Positions 1-14,444 are shown, numbered from the whole stretch's first letter. The stretch: 63,483 bases of DNA, filler included, from Pirum gemmata (GCA_002812295.1; 9 parts of 9 records of this genome joined end to end with filler, not necessarily neighbours in it), one strand, 5' to 3'. Notes: generated by a model from the letters alone, not told the origin. Made by a program: numbers and translations.

Positions 1-261
1 TATTATTTAAGCTTATTTTTTATTTTAATTTTTCTTATATTTACTCAACACTAGCTTTTAATTTTCAACCTACCCGAGGAGTGCACCTTCGCCCTTATTC
101 CCAGGTAAGCTTGGTATATTCCATTGTCAATCATAGCAGCTAATTCAACAACCCAAAGCCTATAATTTTCCATAATACTTGTCCAATATCAAAAAAACAT
201 CATAATCGATCTCTAACCACATATCCACTTTCATTCTTTTTTATTGTAATTATAACAATAG

Positions 262-3239
262 TTAGCAGGTGTTGTTAAGCCAGAAATAGATTCTAAACAG
301 GCAGAGAATGAAGAGTCATATGAAATGAAACATTTGTCTTTTTACAAATACACAAATATTGAGGAACCATTTAAATGGAAAAAGGGACTAGTTTCACTTT
401 TTAAACAATATGATGTTCTTGGGAGAGTGTTTGTTGCAAGAGAAGTAATTTTATTATTCTTATTATTTTTTATTGTATAATTGTATTTGTTATGGGTTTT
501 TGGTGCTTGGGTATTATTATTATTATTATTATTATATTGAATTATATATTTATATATTCCATGCTTTTTATTTCAATTATCTAATCCTTCATATACTTAT
601 TTTTACGTTTATTTAATAAGGGAATTAATGCCCAGATTTCTGTGAAATCTTCTAAATTCGACACGTTTTTGGAAAGCTTACGTTTATATCCAAATTTAGA
701 AGATGTGTATTTTAATGTAGAGGTATTCTTTTTATAATCTATCCTGAAGACTTGAATAAGTTGATAATGGTTATGTGAATTGTTGTTATTTTGTCCAAAG
801 TCGCTTATAAAATCTACTAAGAAAATTATTATTATTATTATTATTATTATTTTGGTTTTTAAAACAATCACGGTATTATATATATATATATGATTAGGGT
901 TAGGGTTAGGGTTATATATATGGTCATTGTTTTCAATTATTAAGTTACACCCTTACCTTTGATTTCATTTTTACTTTTATTTAATTCTATTTTCAGGTAT
1001 CTAATTTGGATCCAAAAGCAAGAACACAAGCATTTCGTAAACTGATATGTAAAGTAAGGAATAACATTGTGGTATGTGGAATTCATTTTAAATGTATATA
1101 TTGCTAGTAATATCAATGTTATAGCCTTTTTTTATTATTGTGTTCATAAAGTAGTTGATGTTTTGATTATTTGTTGTAGTCACAGTAGTTTTTGTTTGGT
1201 TTTGGTTTTGGCTTTGTTGTTTATTTTAGTGCTGCTACAACTATAACCATTAACATATAAACAAATCAATATAAATCAATATAAATTTAGGCTGACGTTC
1301 CTTTTGAAGGCACCCATGCTTCCCTTAAAGTAAAACCCAACTCGGAAAAAGTTAAAAATGTTTTACCTGACGAATGGGACAAGCAACTAGAAAACCCTGC
1401 GTCAACTGTTATAGACTGTAGGAACCATTATGAATATGAAATCGGTCGCTTTGACAAAGCTAATTTACTTAAAGTAAACGTTTACCGTGAATCTTATGCT
1501 GCACTAGATGAAATTTTGGTATGATGAAATTTATTAAGTTAGTAATTGTTATTTATACATCTTTATTTATTGATTATAAACAAGTTATAAACACCCAACA
1601 CGATATTGATACTTAGCCCTAACCCTAACCCTAACCCTAACCCTAATCCTAATCCTAATCCTAATCCTAATCCTGACTCTAACCCTAATCCTAATCCTAA
1701 TCCTAATCCTAATCCTAATCCTAATCCTAATCCTAATCCTAATCCTAATCTTAATCCTAATCCTAATCCTAATCCTAATCCTAATCCTANNNNNNNNNNN
1801 NNNNNNNNNNNNNNNNNNNNNNNNNNNNNNNNNNNNNNNNNNNNNNNNNNNNNCCTAATCCTAATCCTAATCCTAATCCTAATCCTAATCCTAATCCTAA
1901 TCCTAATCCTAATCCTAATCCTAATCCTAATCCTAATCCTAATCCTAATCCTAATAATAATCCGAATCCGAATCCAAATCCGAATCCGAATCCGAATCGC
2001 GCTTTTTGTTAAATTAATTCAATAAATTTTACAGCAAGATAAACCAAAAGAAGACCCTGTTATGATATATTGTACTGGGGGAATTAGATGTGTTAAACTT
2101 GGTAGTTACTTAAGTAATCAAGGGTTTTCAAATGTACAAGCTTTGAAAGGTGGAATCAACCGTTATGTATCAGAGCGCTATCAAAATTCTGAAAACAGAG
2201 CTGATGTTGAAGTAGATCCAGAAATGTTAAAGGAACACGTATATGACATGCCACTGCTTGACTCGACGGTAAAAGGCTGATTGTTGTTTAAAATATAAAG
2301 AAATATTATGTATCGTTTTTATAGATATATCAGATGATGGTAATAGTAATCATATTATTTTCAGTTGTAGGGTTAAGAGCAACAGTTTTTAAGCTAAATT
2401 TTTGCTGTGGTTGGTTTCCAAAAAATCCTTTTTTTTTTTTTTTTTCCATAAATTAACATTATCAACTTACTAGGGGTTAGTGGTACTAGGCAGTAGCATT
2501 ACTAAATACTTCCTAGTAGTAGGTGATAGTAGGTAGTAGTAGTAGCAGTGGTATTGGTATTAACCTAGCAACTTGGTTTATATTTAGTCTTTTATTTATT
2601 CTTTATATTGTTTTTGCATTTATTGAACACAGAAATCCACATTTAAAGGGAGAAATTTCGTATTTGATGACCGAAAATCTTTCACTGTGACCAAAGTTAG
2701 TACCTTGTCCATGTTTTTTGTTGAAATTGTGTATTTTTGTGTTTTAGTTTTTCCTAATCTCGAAATAATTCTCTGATAACTACTCTTAACTGACACTTCT
2801 TTATGTATTATTAATTGCCAAAGTCCTTGACACACTTCACTTGTCTATCTTTAATCCCGTATCTATAACACAATCCCCCTATTGTTATGAAAATAATTAA
2901 CATTGTTCAAAAACATTAATTTAATCATGTTTTACTTTTATATTACTGTTTGGTAAGTTTTAATTAATTCTTTAGAATATAAATGGACATATTGTGTTGT
3001 TTTATGATACCAAATAAGTAGTTTGTGCTTTATGTGTTATAAATCTTGAAACTATTCTTTGATAACTACTCTTAACTTACATTTGTTTACTTATTATTAT
3101 TTGTCCTTGACCCCTATCTACATTCTGATCTCCTCCATGGATATTAGGATAAAGTTGGAAATTGTTCTCATTGTAAAACATCTACGATTAGTCAATTGAA
3201 TTGCAAAAATCAGAAGTGTCATCTTTTGTTTTTACAATG
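262..3239 (+). CDS. Spliced rhodanese-domain protein of the TrhO/YceA (UPF0176)/TSTD2 family; 5' and 3' ends unresolved
   Basis: GT-AG exons read by hand: 262-444, 621-722, 997-1071, 1291-1518, 2035-2268, 2633-2695, 3148-3239. They join in frame to give SFYKY...LGRVFVARE-GINAQ...FRKL...VIDCRNHYEYEIGRF...MIYCTGGIRCVK...LKGGINRY...FKGRNFVFDDR...CSHC...NCKNQKCHLLFLQ, the motif order of this family. A possible further exon ends at about 103 (CAG|GTAAGC). Confidence 0.9.
1617..1997. repeat. Intronic hexamer run: (CCCTAA)n grading into (CCTAAT)n and (CCGAAT)n
   Basis: Direct reading; lies in the intron between exons 1291-1518 and 2035-2268 and contains an N gap. Confidence 0.9.
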
Positions 3240-3719
3240 GTATAGTTATTATTAGTATTATTAATAGTATTATTAATTATTATTATTAATTATTATTATT
3301 ATTATTATTATTAATTAATATTGGTATTAGTATTAGTATTTAGTATTAGTATTTAGTATTAGTGTTTAGTATTACTATTAGTGTTAGTGTATGTATCAGC
3401 ATCAGTGTTAGTATTGGTATCAGCATCAGTGTTAGTATTGGTATTAGCATCCGTATTAGTATTAGTATTAGTATTAGTATTAGTGTTATTGATAGTATTT
3501 GTATTAATATCAGTACTAGCACATTAGTATTAGTATTAGTATTAGTATTAGTATTAGTATTAGTATTAGTATTAGTATTAGTATTAGTATTTTGTAAATA
3601 TGATTTTTCATTGTTTGCCTATTATTTAGATACTTTTGCCTTGTGGGATGTAGAAACTTTGTCGCGCACTGGGTTTTTAAATATTAGTGAAGGTGGGAAA
3701 AACTCCAATGGTGGTGTAG

Positions 3720-4245
3720 AAGAAGTAGCTACCATTACCACTCTACAAAAATTATATCCTAACCAAAGTAAGGCTAAAGTTATCAAACTGCCTGATATTG
3801 AATGGGAAGAAAATTGGACTGAGGAAAGTCGACGAAAATGGCACGAGGAAAAAATGAAAAGTAAATATCTACGAGCTGCTAAACAATTGGAAATACTAAA
3901 TCTACAACCTGGACTGGTAGAACATGTTTTTTTTTCGACATAGAGAAATAGCAGTACACCATGTACAGAAAACGTAGGCGAGAAAAAACAAAACGAAACA
4001 AAACAAAACAAAAAACAAAAAAACAAATAAAAACAAAAACAAATCAAAATGGGAAGAAAATTGGATTGGGGAAAGTGGGGAAAGTCGACGAAAATAGCAT
4101 ATGAGGAAAATAATAATAGTAAATATATACGAGCTGCTAAACAATTGAAAATACTAAATCTGAAACCTGGACTGGTAAAACATGTTATTTTTCGATATAG
4201 AGAAATGAAATAGCAGTATACCATGTACAGAAAACGTGGACGAGA

Positions 4246-4288
<43 letters not shown>

Positions 4289-4503
4289 ACAAAAACAAAG
4301 TAAGAACAAAAACAAAAACAGAACAAAATGGGAAGAAAATTGGACTGAGGAAAGTAGACGAAAATAGCATGAGGAAAAAAGTAAATATGTAAGAGCTGCT
4401 AAACAATTGGAAATACTGAATCTGAAACCTGGACTGGTAGAACATGTTATTTTTTCGATATAGAGAAATAGCAGCACACTATGTGCAAAAAACGTGGGCA
4501 AGA

Positions 4504-4546
<43 letters not shown>

Positions 4547-4620
4547 ACAAAACGAAAGAAAACAAAACAATTAATTTAGAATAACTTACTTTATTGATTC
4601 AGTATTTTCTAGTACTATCA

Positions 4621-4664
<44 letters not shown>

Positions 4665-4960
4665 AAAAAAAAAAAAAAAAAAAAAAAAAGAAAAGGTAGC
4701 TACTATTCCCTTAACACAGTAAGGCTTAAAGTTATTAAATTGCCTGCTATTGAATGGGAAGAAAGAGGCGAAAATGGCATGGGAAAAGTAAACATGTTCG
4801 TACCCCAATACTTACAATACCGAATCTGAAGTTTGGTCTTGAAGAACATGCATATGTTTTATTTTTTCAATACGGCGAAATATATACAACTGCGCAGGAT
4901 GCGTAGGAAAGTGTGCGGGGAAAATTAGAGTTTGAATAACCTACACTATTGATTCCGTAT
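3720..4960 (+). repeat. Degenerate tandem duplication: three ~250-280-bp units plus a diverged fourth
   Basis: ATGGGAAGAAAATTGGA...GAGCTGCTAAACAATTG...CCTGGACTGGTA recurs at about 3803, 4049 and 4328. A decayed copy lies at about 4690-4960. Units are separated by (CAAAA)n tracts. Confidence 0.85.
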
Positions 4961-5118
4961 TTTCGAGTTTCTTCACCAAATACCAAGCAAAGTAAGACTT
5001 TTAAAAAGTTAAAAACCAACTTTTGATTATTTGTAATAATCATAATGCTATAATAGTATTGATATTAAATATAGTAATAATAATAAAGAGTAATTACAAT
5101 AATAATAATTACTATTTC

Positions 5119-5153
<35 letters not shown>

Positions 5154-5164
5154 TAATAATGAGT

Positions 5165-5203
<39 letters not shown>

Positions 5204-5239
5204 CAATAATAATAATAATAATAATAATAAAAAAGCAAA

Positions 5240-5276
<37 letters not shown>

Positions 5277-5359
5277 GTAATAATTTTGTATATTTTAATT
5301 AAAGTTAATTCAATCATATTAATATTTTAAAATTTATTATTTAATTTTTGTTCTACAGT

Positions 5360-5467
5360 TTATATTGTATTTGGAATAGCATCAAAGTTGAACTCAGTTT
5401 TCATAAAAACATCAGCAATACCAGAAAGATCAAAAATATCCCCTAACAATAATTGCCCATCTAATAA

Positions 5468-5503
<36 letters not shown>

Positions 5504-6742
5504 GGTAGATCCGCTTAATTGAGGACTTGAGTGGAGAGATTGAGATTGAAGTGTAGACGATTGAGCTAAAGGTGACACTGGGGTTTGTCTTTCTGGACTT
5601 AGACTCCCATCACTAAAAGCAATTCTTAAATCAACTAAACTTCTAGAATTTACTAAATTAGATGCTGTTATATGCGTAGGTTTAAATTGTGGAGAAGAAT
5701 TTGCTGATAAAGGTGAGGATAGTAATGGTGTAGACACAGACGAAGTTAACATAGAATCTAAAATATCTAATGCATCCATTTTGTGTAAATCTTCGGCAAA
5801 ATTCATGCTTCTACTTGGAGTCAAAGAAACAGAATTTGCACGTTGGGGTGCAAGCAGTACAGAGTTAGCGCGTTGGGGTTGTATTATAGGGTTAGTGGAG
5901 TGTGGTTGTATGCTGATACTACTGCTACGTTTTAATTCGGAAACGTTTTGCGGCATTAAGCTTATAGAACCACTTCTTTTGACCCTTTGTCCCGTTACAG
6001 AACCGCTACGCTTCAAAGCACTTGGTGCTGGTAAGGTGCCCGCGCTAGGTGATTTTGTTAATAAAGGCTTTGCAGTTTGAGGAGAAAAAGAGTTGTGTCT
6101 TTGTCTTACCCCATGCTGTTGAACCCCATTTAATACTTTATTTGGAACACGAGCCTTTTCAACTTTACTAACAGAGTTTTTGCGAAGGGGTACATTTGTA
6201 CTTGTATTGTTATTTAAATTAACATTAGATAAGGTTAATTGAGATTGCGATCTTGATCTTTGTATAGGGATTCCAACTCCTTTGTTTGGTGGTTTATAAA
6301 TAATTGCATTACCCATATTATATTGCTGTACGTTAGCAGGTTGGAATGCAGCCAGGTTCATGCCAGAGAAACTATTTAACAAACCTCCATTAATCATACT
6401 GGATTGCATGTGGTGCAAATCGTTTTGTTGTTTAATGATCGCTAATTTGTTTTTCAATTCTCTTAAAGTTAAACCATGTTTGTTTTTAACGTGGTATTTC
6501 AAAGCTCTATGGGCTTCATACCGGCGTTGGCAACCTGGATATAGACATGCGTAGGCGCGCGTTAATTCCTTGACTGAACGACGCACTCTTTGTTTTTTTT
6601 CATTATCATTTTCATTGTCACCACCAGATAATTCTTGATCATCAATATCATTCATTTCTACATCAGTATCAACTTCTGTATCATTACTGCTGCTTAATAC
6701 AACATCTTCAAATTCGACTTGACTATTTCCAACCATTGTCAT
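5360..6742 (-). CDS. Single C2H2 zinc-finger protein, probable transcription factor (460 aa)
   Basis: Long clean ORF. RVRRSVKELTRAYACLYPGCQRRYEAHRALKYHVKNKH is a basic region plus a C-x4-C...H-x4-H finger, followed by long S/N/Q low-complexity sequence and an acidic-hydrophobic C-terminus. Confidence 0.8.
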
Positions 6743-6929
6743 TTTTAATTTATTTTGTTTTGTTAATTTAATGTTATTATTATTATTATTATTATTGTTA
6801 TTATTATTGTTATTATTATTATTATTATTATTGTTGTTGTTTTTGTTGTTTGTTGTTGTTTTTATTGTTGTTGTTTTTATTGTTGTTGTTTTTATTATTG
6901 TTGTTATTGGTATTATTATTATTATTATT

Positions 6930-7029
6930 NNNNNNNNNNNNNNNNNNNNNNNNNNNNNNNNNNNNNNNNNNNNTTAATTAATTAANNNNNNNNNNNNNNN
7001 NNNNNNNNNNNNNNNNNNNNNNNNNNNNN
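6930..7029. other. Artificial contig-joining spacer, first of eight (others 13939-14038, 20937-21036, 27890-27989, 35083-35182, 42096-42195, 49079-49178, 55808-55907)
   Basis: Same N44-TTAATTAATTAA-N44 structure each time; the 12-mer puts stops in all six frames. Confidence 0.97.
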
Positions 7030-7060
<31 letters not shown>

Positions 7061-8580
7061 CAAAAGGGGGTAAAAAAAGGGTTTAGTCATTCTAGCTAGT
7101 TTGTGTCTAGCTAGTAGTAGCTATCATATTATAATAGGTAGCTAGCTAGAGTAGCTACTAAATAGTCCCTGTATTACAGTAGTCCCTAGCTAGCTTAGTA
7201 GTAGTCATTTCTCCAATGCTCTTTTTTTACTCTCTACCTTAGCTACAGAATGTGGTCCTCAGATAGGGTAGACTGCAAGGTAGGCCGAGGTAGCCAGTAC
7301 CAATACTGTACTGTAAAAAAATGATCAAAAAAAACTAAAAAAGGGAATATTTTTATTAAAAATAGAAAAAATCGATAAACTTGGCAAGCCACAGAGCCAC
7401 AGCACTGCGCGGACAAAAGCTGAATAATAATATTATGCATATAATAATATTATGTTGATAAATTAATTTTTTATCGATGGTGCCAGCAGTCTATGATAAT
7501 ATTATTACTTAGACAGTTAGACTACTTCTAACTAAACTTCAAACTTCTAACTAAAGTCTATAGATCGGACTCTCTATATTATATTATTATTATGATAATA
7601 CTGGAGTCTAGCTAGCTAGTAGCTACTACTAGCTAGACAATCGATAGTTTATAATAATTATGATAATATCATAGTTAGCTTAGTAGTAGCTAGCTAGCTA
7701 GCTATCTCTGTGATTATCCGATAGACTAGCTAGTAATCTTTATTTATGATATAATTATTCTATAAAAAGTGTTCAAAAAAAAAAAATACTGACCAGTGTA
7801 CTTAATTTTGTATTTATAATAAAGTTCGATTATACACTTTTAAAAACGACACCAAATTATTATGAAAAGTACAACAAGTTAAAACCGAACGACAATCAAG
7901 TCATTAAAACTTATACCAAAGTATTATGCTATATTTTTTAACTGTATTTTAATAACCTCTCCGTTTTCTCAAGCAAAAGCAAAACAGGACTAGCCAGTAG
8001 TTGGATCAAGCTACTAGCTAGCTAGCTAGTAGCTAAAGAAGTATCATGAATATCTACATGTAGTTATACCTATATGTCATGTCTATGATGTTTCTCTACT
8101 GGCTCTAGTAGTGCTTCTATCGATAGTTTATGAATATAATATCAGTAGTTATAATTATGATACCAGTATCTGGGGGTCTATGATAAAACGATGTCCCTCA
8201 CCACAATATTATGTTACTACGAAGAATATGTTACAAAGTTACAGATATATCGAGAAAACTAGTACCGATCAGGCTTATCGATCCCTACTCAGCTACTACT
8301 TAATAATTAAACCACAGCTATGGATAAAGCTGGATAGTAAGCTGGATAGTAAGCTGGATAAACACTGATAAACTATCGATACGTTATATGATATATAAAT
8401 AAATACAGCAGCTATAAATACAAAAATAAAATACAATTTTTCTTGATTTATATTATAGAAATTTTTTTCCACGTCTCTCTCTTCTCTCTCTCTCAGAGTC
8501 TCTCTTCATATAAAAAGAATATCCACTTTGAAATAGTCTATCCAATAATCGATGATTTCAGATGATTATTTTTTTTTTAA

Positions 8581-8793
8581 CACCACTTCCGGATAAAACT
8601 GCAGAAATCACTTTTTTTAGACTTCTTTTCTAAAAACTTTTTTTTAAGAAAAACTAGCCAAATTATTATTAAAAACTGGCCATATTAGAGTTTTCTTTTG
8701 TAGACAATTTCTGAAAATTTGATAGTACTTTCATTTTAAAAAAATGGGAGAATTTTAAAAGATTGGATTTTGCAATTTTGTCGGGCATGAGTG
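8581..8793. mobile_element. TTAA-flanked MITE (piggyBac-like); relatives at about 44355-44590, 48575-48811 and 50349-50737
   Basis: TTAA|CACCACTTCCGGATAAAACTGCAGAAATC ... GATTTTGCAATTTTGTCGGGCATGAGTG|TTAA imperfect TIRs; the copies share internal AGACTTCTTTTCTAAAAAC. Confidence 0.6.
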
Positions 8794-9332
8794 TTAAAAA
8801 AAAAAAAAAAAATTCTGGTGGTAGCTAGCTAGACCTAAGCTAGCTAGACCTAGACCCCATCTAGTAGTAGTCAGTAGTCTAGTGAAAGAAAAAAATGGTT
8901 AGCCTCGCTACATGTACAGTAGCTACTAGACAGGCTATATAACGGTCTCAACTAGTTTTTAGCAATAGTCAAAAAAAAGAAAATGATCTTCATGCGTAAA
9001 TATCTTATATAAAAATTATCATATGAGATTCATCATTGTCTGTGTTATGAGCTACTAGCTCAAGTAGTGTTATGAACTTATTATGAATGTTATGAGTGTG
9101 TTATGTCACCAGCACTTCACTAGCTAGTAGTGTTATGCATATAGTTTATCATATGATACAAACTGTGGGTCTATATTCTAATACATCTGATATCATATAT
9201 CATTATGATATATCGATATGTTAGTGTAAACCCATATATGATATATGCAATTTATTTTTAAATTATACATACATGATGTACTATTGACTCGATTGTAATT
9301 TTTTGATATTGAAATATATACATCATTAGTAT

Positions 9333-9418
9333 GGGTTAGGGTTAGGGTTAGGGTTAGGGTTAGGGTTAGGGTTAGGGTTAGGGTTAGGGTTAGGGTTAGG
9401 GTTAGGGTTAGGGTTAGG
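9333..9418. repeat. Interstitial telomeric repeat (TTAGGG)n; shorter runs at about 895, 9711, 9812, 10807, 11434, 13245, 13336, 26591, 33492-33850, 33972-34150 and 48470
   Basis: Direct reading of perfect GGGTTA hexamers internal to contigs. Confidence 0.95.
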
Positions 9419-10124
9419 TTAGTTAATTTTTAATATAGAATATTATATATATACATCATAATGATATTATATTATTTATATATTATCATAATAGCCTGGT
9501 AATATGGTATATCACTCACTGTATCAATGTTTTTAAAATATCAGATACCATACTACTATGATAGCTACTAGCTATGATATTAATAAACTACTGTAGCTAA
9601 TCGAGCTAATCGTACTAGTCTAGCTAGCTAGCTATAGTTTGCACGCGCTCCCTCCCAAATCTTTTAATTAAACCTAATATCATAATATTTCATAAGCGGT
9701 AGGCTGAATAGGGTTAGGGGTTAGGGTTAGGGTTAGAATAATATTATGATGTATGTCATAAAAATAATATGATAATAGCAGTCTAGCTAGCTAGCTAGAG
9801 CTAGGTTAGTATTAGGGTTAGGGTTAGGGTTAGGGTTAGGGTTAGGGACAGTTTTTTAAAAAAAATTTAAAATACTATCTAGTCTATTTATATAGTATAT
9901 CAATAATATAATGTAATAATATTATTAATAATATTTTATAACGTGAATACGATAGCACTTTTTCGGTTTTGTTTTGTTCAGGCTATTTCTGTGTGGCATC
10001 GCATCGAACAGCTCTGAAAAGACTTTTTTTTTTTTTTTTGAAAAGTCAAGCAAAAATCTTTTTTTTTATCTTTTCTAAAAACCTAACCATGCTAAATAGA
10101 AAAATTATTTTTAAAAACGACTAG

Positions 10125-10267
10125 GGTACTGTTTAAGTGTATAATTGAACTTGTTTACAAAATACAAATATCAAGTATAAAATATCAAATTAATTAAAAA
10201 ATGTCCGATAGTTTAAACATAATAACAATTTGGTACGTTTATTTCAGTTTTTGAACTGGACAACACA
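10125..10267. repeat. Dispersed AT-rich repeat family (~150-190 bp); copies at about 7790-7900, 37495-37640, 38870-39020, 42990-43110, 43370-43460, 51860-52040 and 54540-54680
   Basis: Shared GGTACTGTTTAAGTGTATAATTGAACTT...AAAATACAA...TTTTTGAACTGGACAACAC on either strand in several unlinked contigs. Confidence 0.75.
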
Positions 10268-13200
10268 TGAGACCTACCTACCCCATGGAAAGGCACAAAA
10301 ATAATACTAAATAATAATATTATTATGATAATAGTCTAATAATAATTATTATTATTATGTTTGAATGACTCAGTCAGAGTGAGTAATTTAACAGGATTTA
10401 TAAGTAATTTATTCACTGAATCAGAACTGAATCCTAAGCTAGCTAGTAGCTCAGTAGGGTATCATAGTCTAGACTCTATACTTCCTACTAATCTTCCTAA
10501 TTTTAATTGCGTAAAAAAGTATTTGCATCTACTAGCTAGGTATTTTCACTAGGCTAGCTCTCTAGTAGCTAGCTATCACCGATAGCTACTAGCTAGAGTA
10601 GACTCTAGCTAGACTCTAGCTAGAGCTCCTAGTAGTAGGCTAGTAGTAGCTAGTCTCAGCTTTTGGACTCAGCTTTTGGGCTATTTATATAATTATAATA
10701 GATATTATAAATTTATAATATTATAGAATCTTATTACAAATATATTTCGTCGATTCAATGATCATAAATAATTTATCCAAAATGAGTCTCCAAAATGTCT
10801 TTGTTGTAGGGTTAGGGTAGTGTTAGGGTTAGGGTTTTAGAATAAATAGCTCTATCGATAACTAGCTAGACTAACCTAGCTAGCTACTATTAGACTAGTT
10901 AGAGGGTCTATAGCTAGCTAGTAGTAGTGTAGCCTATCAATAGCTATTCATATATTATCATAATAGCTATAATATATATCAATAACTATATCAATATATA
11001 ATATTATATTATGAATTTATGATATGATATATAGTTCATTATAATAATATTATAGTCTTTTATATAGACGACAACGCCAACAGTTACTATTACCAACAAC
11101 ATCCATAATAATTATCATAATAACAACGACTATATTTATAAAGAGGAACAGTAGGCTACATGTTATATAGTTAGTTAATTTGTTGATTAATTTTGTTTCA
11201 TAATACTTTGGGATAAGGAAAACATTGAATGGAATTCGAAAACTAACCTCTTATTATCTCTTATTGATAAAATAATTATTATTATTTTAAGGACTTCAAA
11301 TATGTGGCTGCTGCCCCACATTTAGCTAGCTAGTAGCTATTGATAGGGGTAAAAAATCTATATAGTCTATGTGATAGGAAAATAATTTCTGAAGTAAAAT
11401 TATAATAATTATAGCTATAATTATTATAATTATGGGTTAGGGTTAGGGTTATAATTATTATAATTATAATTATTATTAGACTATTTCTCCTCCCAAAAAA
11501 AAAGTAATAATTTATTTAGTCTATATATTTTTAAATGATGTGTAGACAGTGTAGTATATGCATGTTGTGATAAATTTGATGATGCGGAATTTCAGTAATA
11601 TTTCAGTAATATTTCCCTAGTATTTTTTATTAATTAAACTATATTAAAAATGTTTCCATAGCTATAATGCTATTTCCATACTATTTCCATATTAAACTAT
11701 TTCCATACTATTTCCATTCACTATATTTTCATACTATTTTCAGTCTATTTTCAGTTCTCTATCTTTCATTATTGATCACAATATATTATTATAATAGACT
11801 ATCATAGTGATCGATAATCAAGTGTAAATTTATTATTATTATTATTATTATTTAAATAAGCACTTATTATTATTATTTAAATAAGCACTTATGTCATATT
11901 ATCATAAAAGCTTATTTATTTATAAATGGTTATAATATTTGATCATAAACAGAAATCATAATCAAAACAAACAACAACACGGTCAACACTGCCCAAATGA
12001 TCAAATTTCCCAGAGTCTTTATAATATAATATAATATTATAATATTATTTTAATTAATGATATATTATTATATATATACAAATATTTATCATTATATTAC
12101 ATATCATATTATATATATGATAACGATACATCATTGTGATGTACATACAGTCTATATGTATTAACATTAATATATATTATATATATATATATTGCTTTTC
12201 ATTTATTTTGTCACTCTGAATATTTATTTTGTTGTTTATAATATTTAAATTAATATTTTAAATTAATTAAAATAATTAAATGAAATGGACTCTTTTTTGT
12301 ATATTTTATGATGACAAAACAACTGAAAAGCACGATACATTTTATCATACATATTATCATACATAATATACTAGCATACATATACGACTCATATAAAATA
12401 TATACAATAAAGAGTACCAAATTAATACAATATAAATCCATTTTATTTAATTTGGTATATTTTATAATCTAATTATTAATTTAAAAATATCAATTTAAAT
12501 ATTATTTTAACCAACAAAATAAATATTCAGAGTGACAAAATAAATGAAAAGCACAAAATTAATTTTTGATTAGTGTAAAAATAATAAATAATGTATAACT
12601 ATTTTTAAAGTACATAATTATAATATTGCGAATTTTACCTTTTTGTAATTAGTCATAATTTGATTGCTATAATTGAACCACACGTATAGCTACAGTTTTT
12701 GACTCTACAGAGTCTACACCCTGAGAGTCTACACCCGTCTATAGTATCGATAGCTACAGTAGCTACTAGAGTTTGTCGAACCCTTTGTCGATTTTTTTAC
12801 ACGCAACATTATTGTGTATTATTTAATATCATATTATATAAATTAAGATTTAATACTGATAAATTTATAATACTATTTATAATAGTTTAATAGATTCAGA
12901 GTTAGAATTAATACTTAATATCAGATACATCATTTAATATGATGTATATATTATCATAATAATTATAAATAATAGCACGTATAGGTAATTCATCAAATTT
13001 TTAATATCATACTATTCTAAGTCTATTGAGCAGGAACTATATTTAAACGAGCACACCTGTTTGTAATCTGCCTAGAATTAGTTCTTGAATTGCCATCTGA
13101 ATGATGACCCTTGTAAGTTGTAGATTCAAATTAAAATAATTTTAAAAATCGAAGTTCACGAGTAAAATTATTTCAATCGCTCTACTATTAGTATCATAAG

Positions 13201-14131
13201 TAAAACTGCAAGTAGCTACTAACTAGTCTAGTCCTAAGTTCTCCTAACCCTCCTAACCCTAACCCTAACCCTATGAAACAAATCAACAAATTGCAACTCG
13301 ATACTTACTGCTCCTGTGACCAGCTAGTCTAGTCCTAACCCTCCTAACCCTAACCCTAACCCTATGAAACAAATCAACAAATTGCAACTCGATACTTACT
13401 GCTCCTGTGACCACTAGCTAGTAGCCTCTAGCTAGCTAGAGTTGACTACTAGTAGCTATGATAGAAACTATCATAATATCATAACAATATGATATTATGA
13501 TAGCTTGCTAGCTAGCTAGCTATGATAGTAGCTATGACATAGTATCATAAAGTATGATATATAAAACTGCAAGTAGCTACTAGCTAGTCTAGTCTGCTAG
13601 CAGACTCTAGCTAGCTAGCTAGTAATCATGACATAGTAAGTAAAACTGCAAGTAGCTCTACTCAGTTCTCTACTCTAGCTAGCTAGTCTAGTCTGCTAGC
13701 AGACTCGAGCTAGCTAGCTCAGAGTCTATAGTCTAGCTAGCTAGGCATGATAGTTAGTCTATCTATAGATGGCAAGGAGCGATTGACGACCAATGTGGCC
13801 ATTCTGAAAAATTTGAGCTCTTTTCACCTCTTTTCAGTCTCTTATTAGCCAATCAAACATTCATAAGAATCAAAAAAATGAAAAAAAAAAAAAAAAAAAA
13901 TTGTTAACCTCAGGAAGCCTGGGCCGCAAAAAAAAAAANNNNNNNNNNNNNNNNNNNNNNNNNNNNNNNNNNNNNNNNNNNNTTAATTAATTAANNNNNN
14001 NNNNNNNNNNNNNNNNNNNNNNNNNNNNNNNNNNNNNNTATGATTATGATTATGATTATGATTTGTGGAAGGAAGGTAGCAGCAGATTGTAAAAGTTTGG
14101 TAGTGACGGTCCAGACTGGGGTTGTCAAATA

Positions 14132-14444
14132 CGACTTTTCCATATACAGTAACATTACTTTAAACTACCCTTTTTGAGTCGGATCGATTCAGAAAAAGGT
14201 TCCGAATATATATTCTGCTATTATATTTTTTTGATTTTTTAAATTGGTCGAGTTGGAGGGGTCTAATTTGAGTCGGGGGTTCAGTCGGTTTCGAGTATTT
14301 TACCCCTGACTCAAATTACTCGATCAATTTTTAAAAAAAATCAAAAATTAATAATAGAAGAATATGATTCGGGATCTTTTCCTGCATCAATCCGAGCCCT
14401 CACAGGGGTAGTTTAAAGTGACGTTACTGTATATGGAAAAGTCG
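14132..14444. mobile_element. Foldback-type element (~310-bp imperfect palindrome) followed by tandem copies of its right end to about 14535
   Basis: CGACTTTTCCATATACAGTAACATTACTTTAAACTACCC pairs with GGGTAGTTTAAAGTGACGTTACTGTATATGGAAAAGTCG. The symmetry continues inward (TAATTTGAGTCGGGGG / CCCCTGACTCAAATTA). Confidence 0.75.

Noticed and set aside
9333..9418. True chromosome end
   Set aside because: The run is internal, with unique sequence on both sides.
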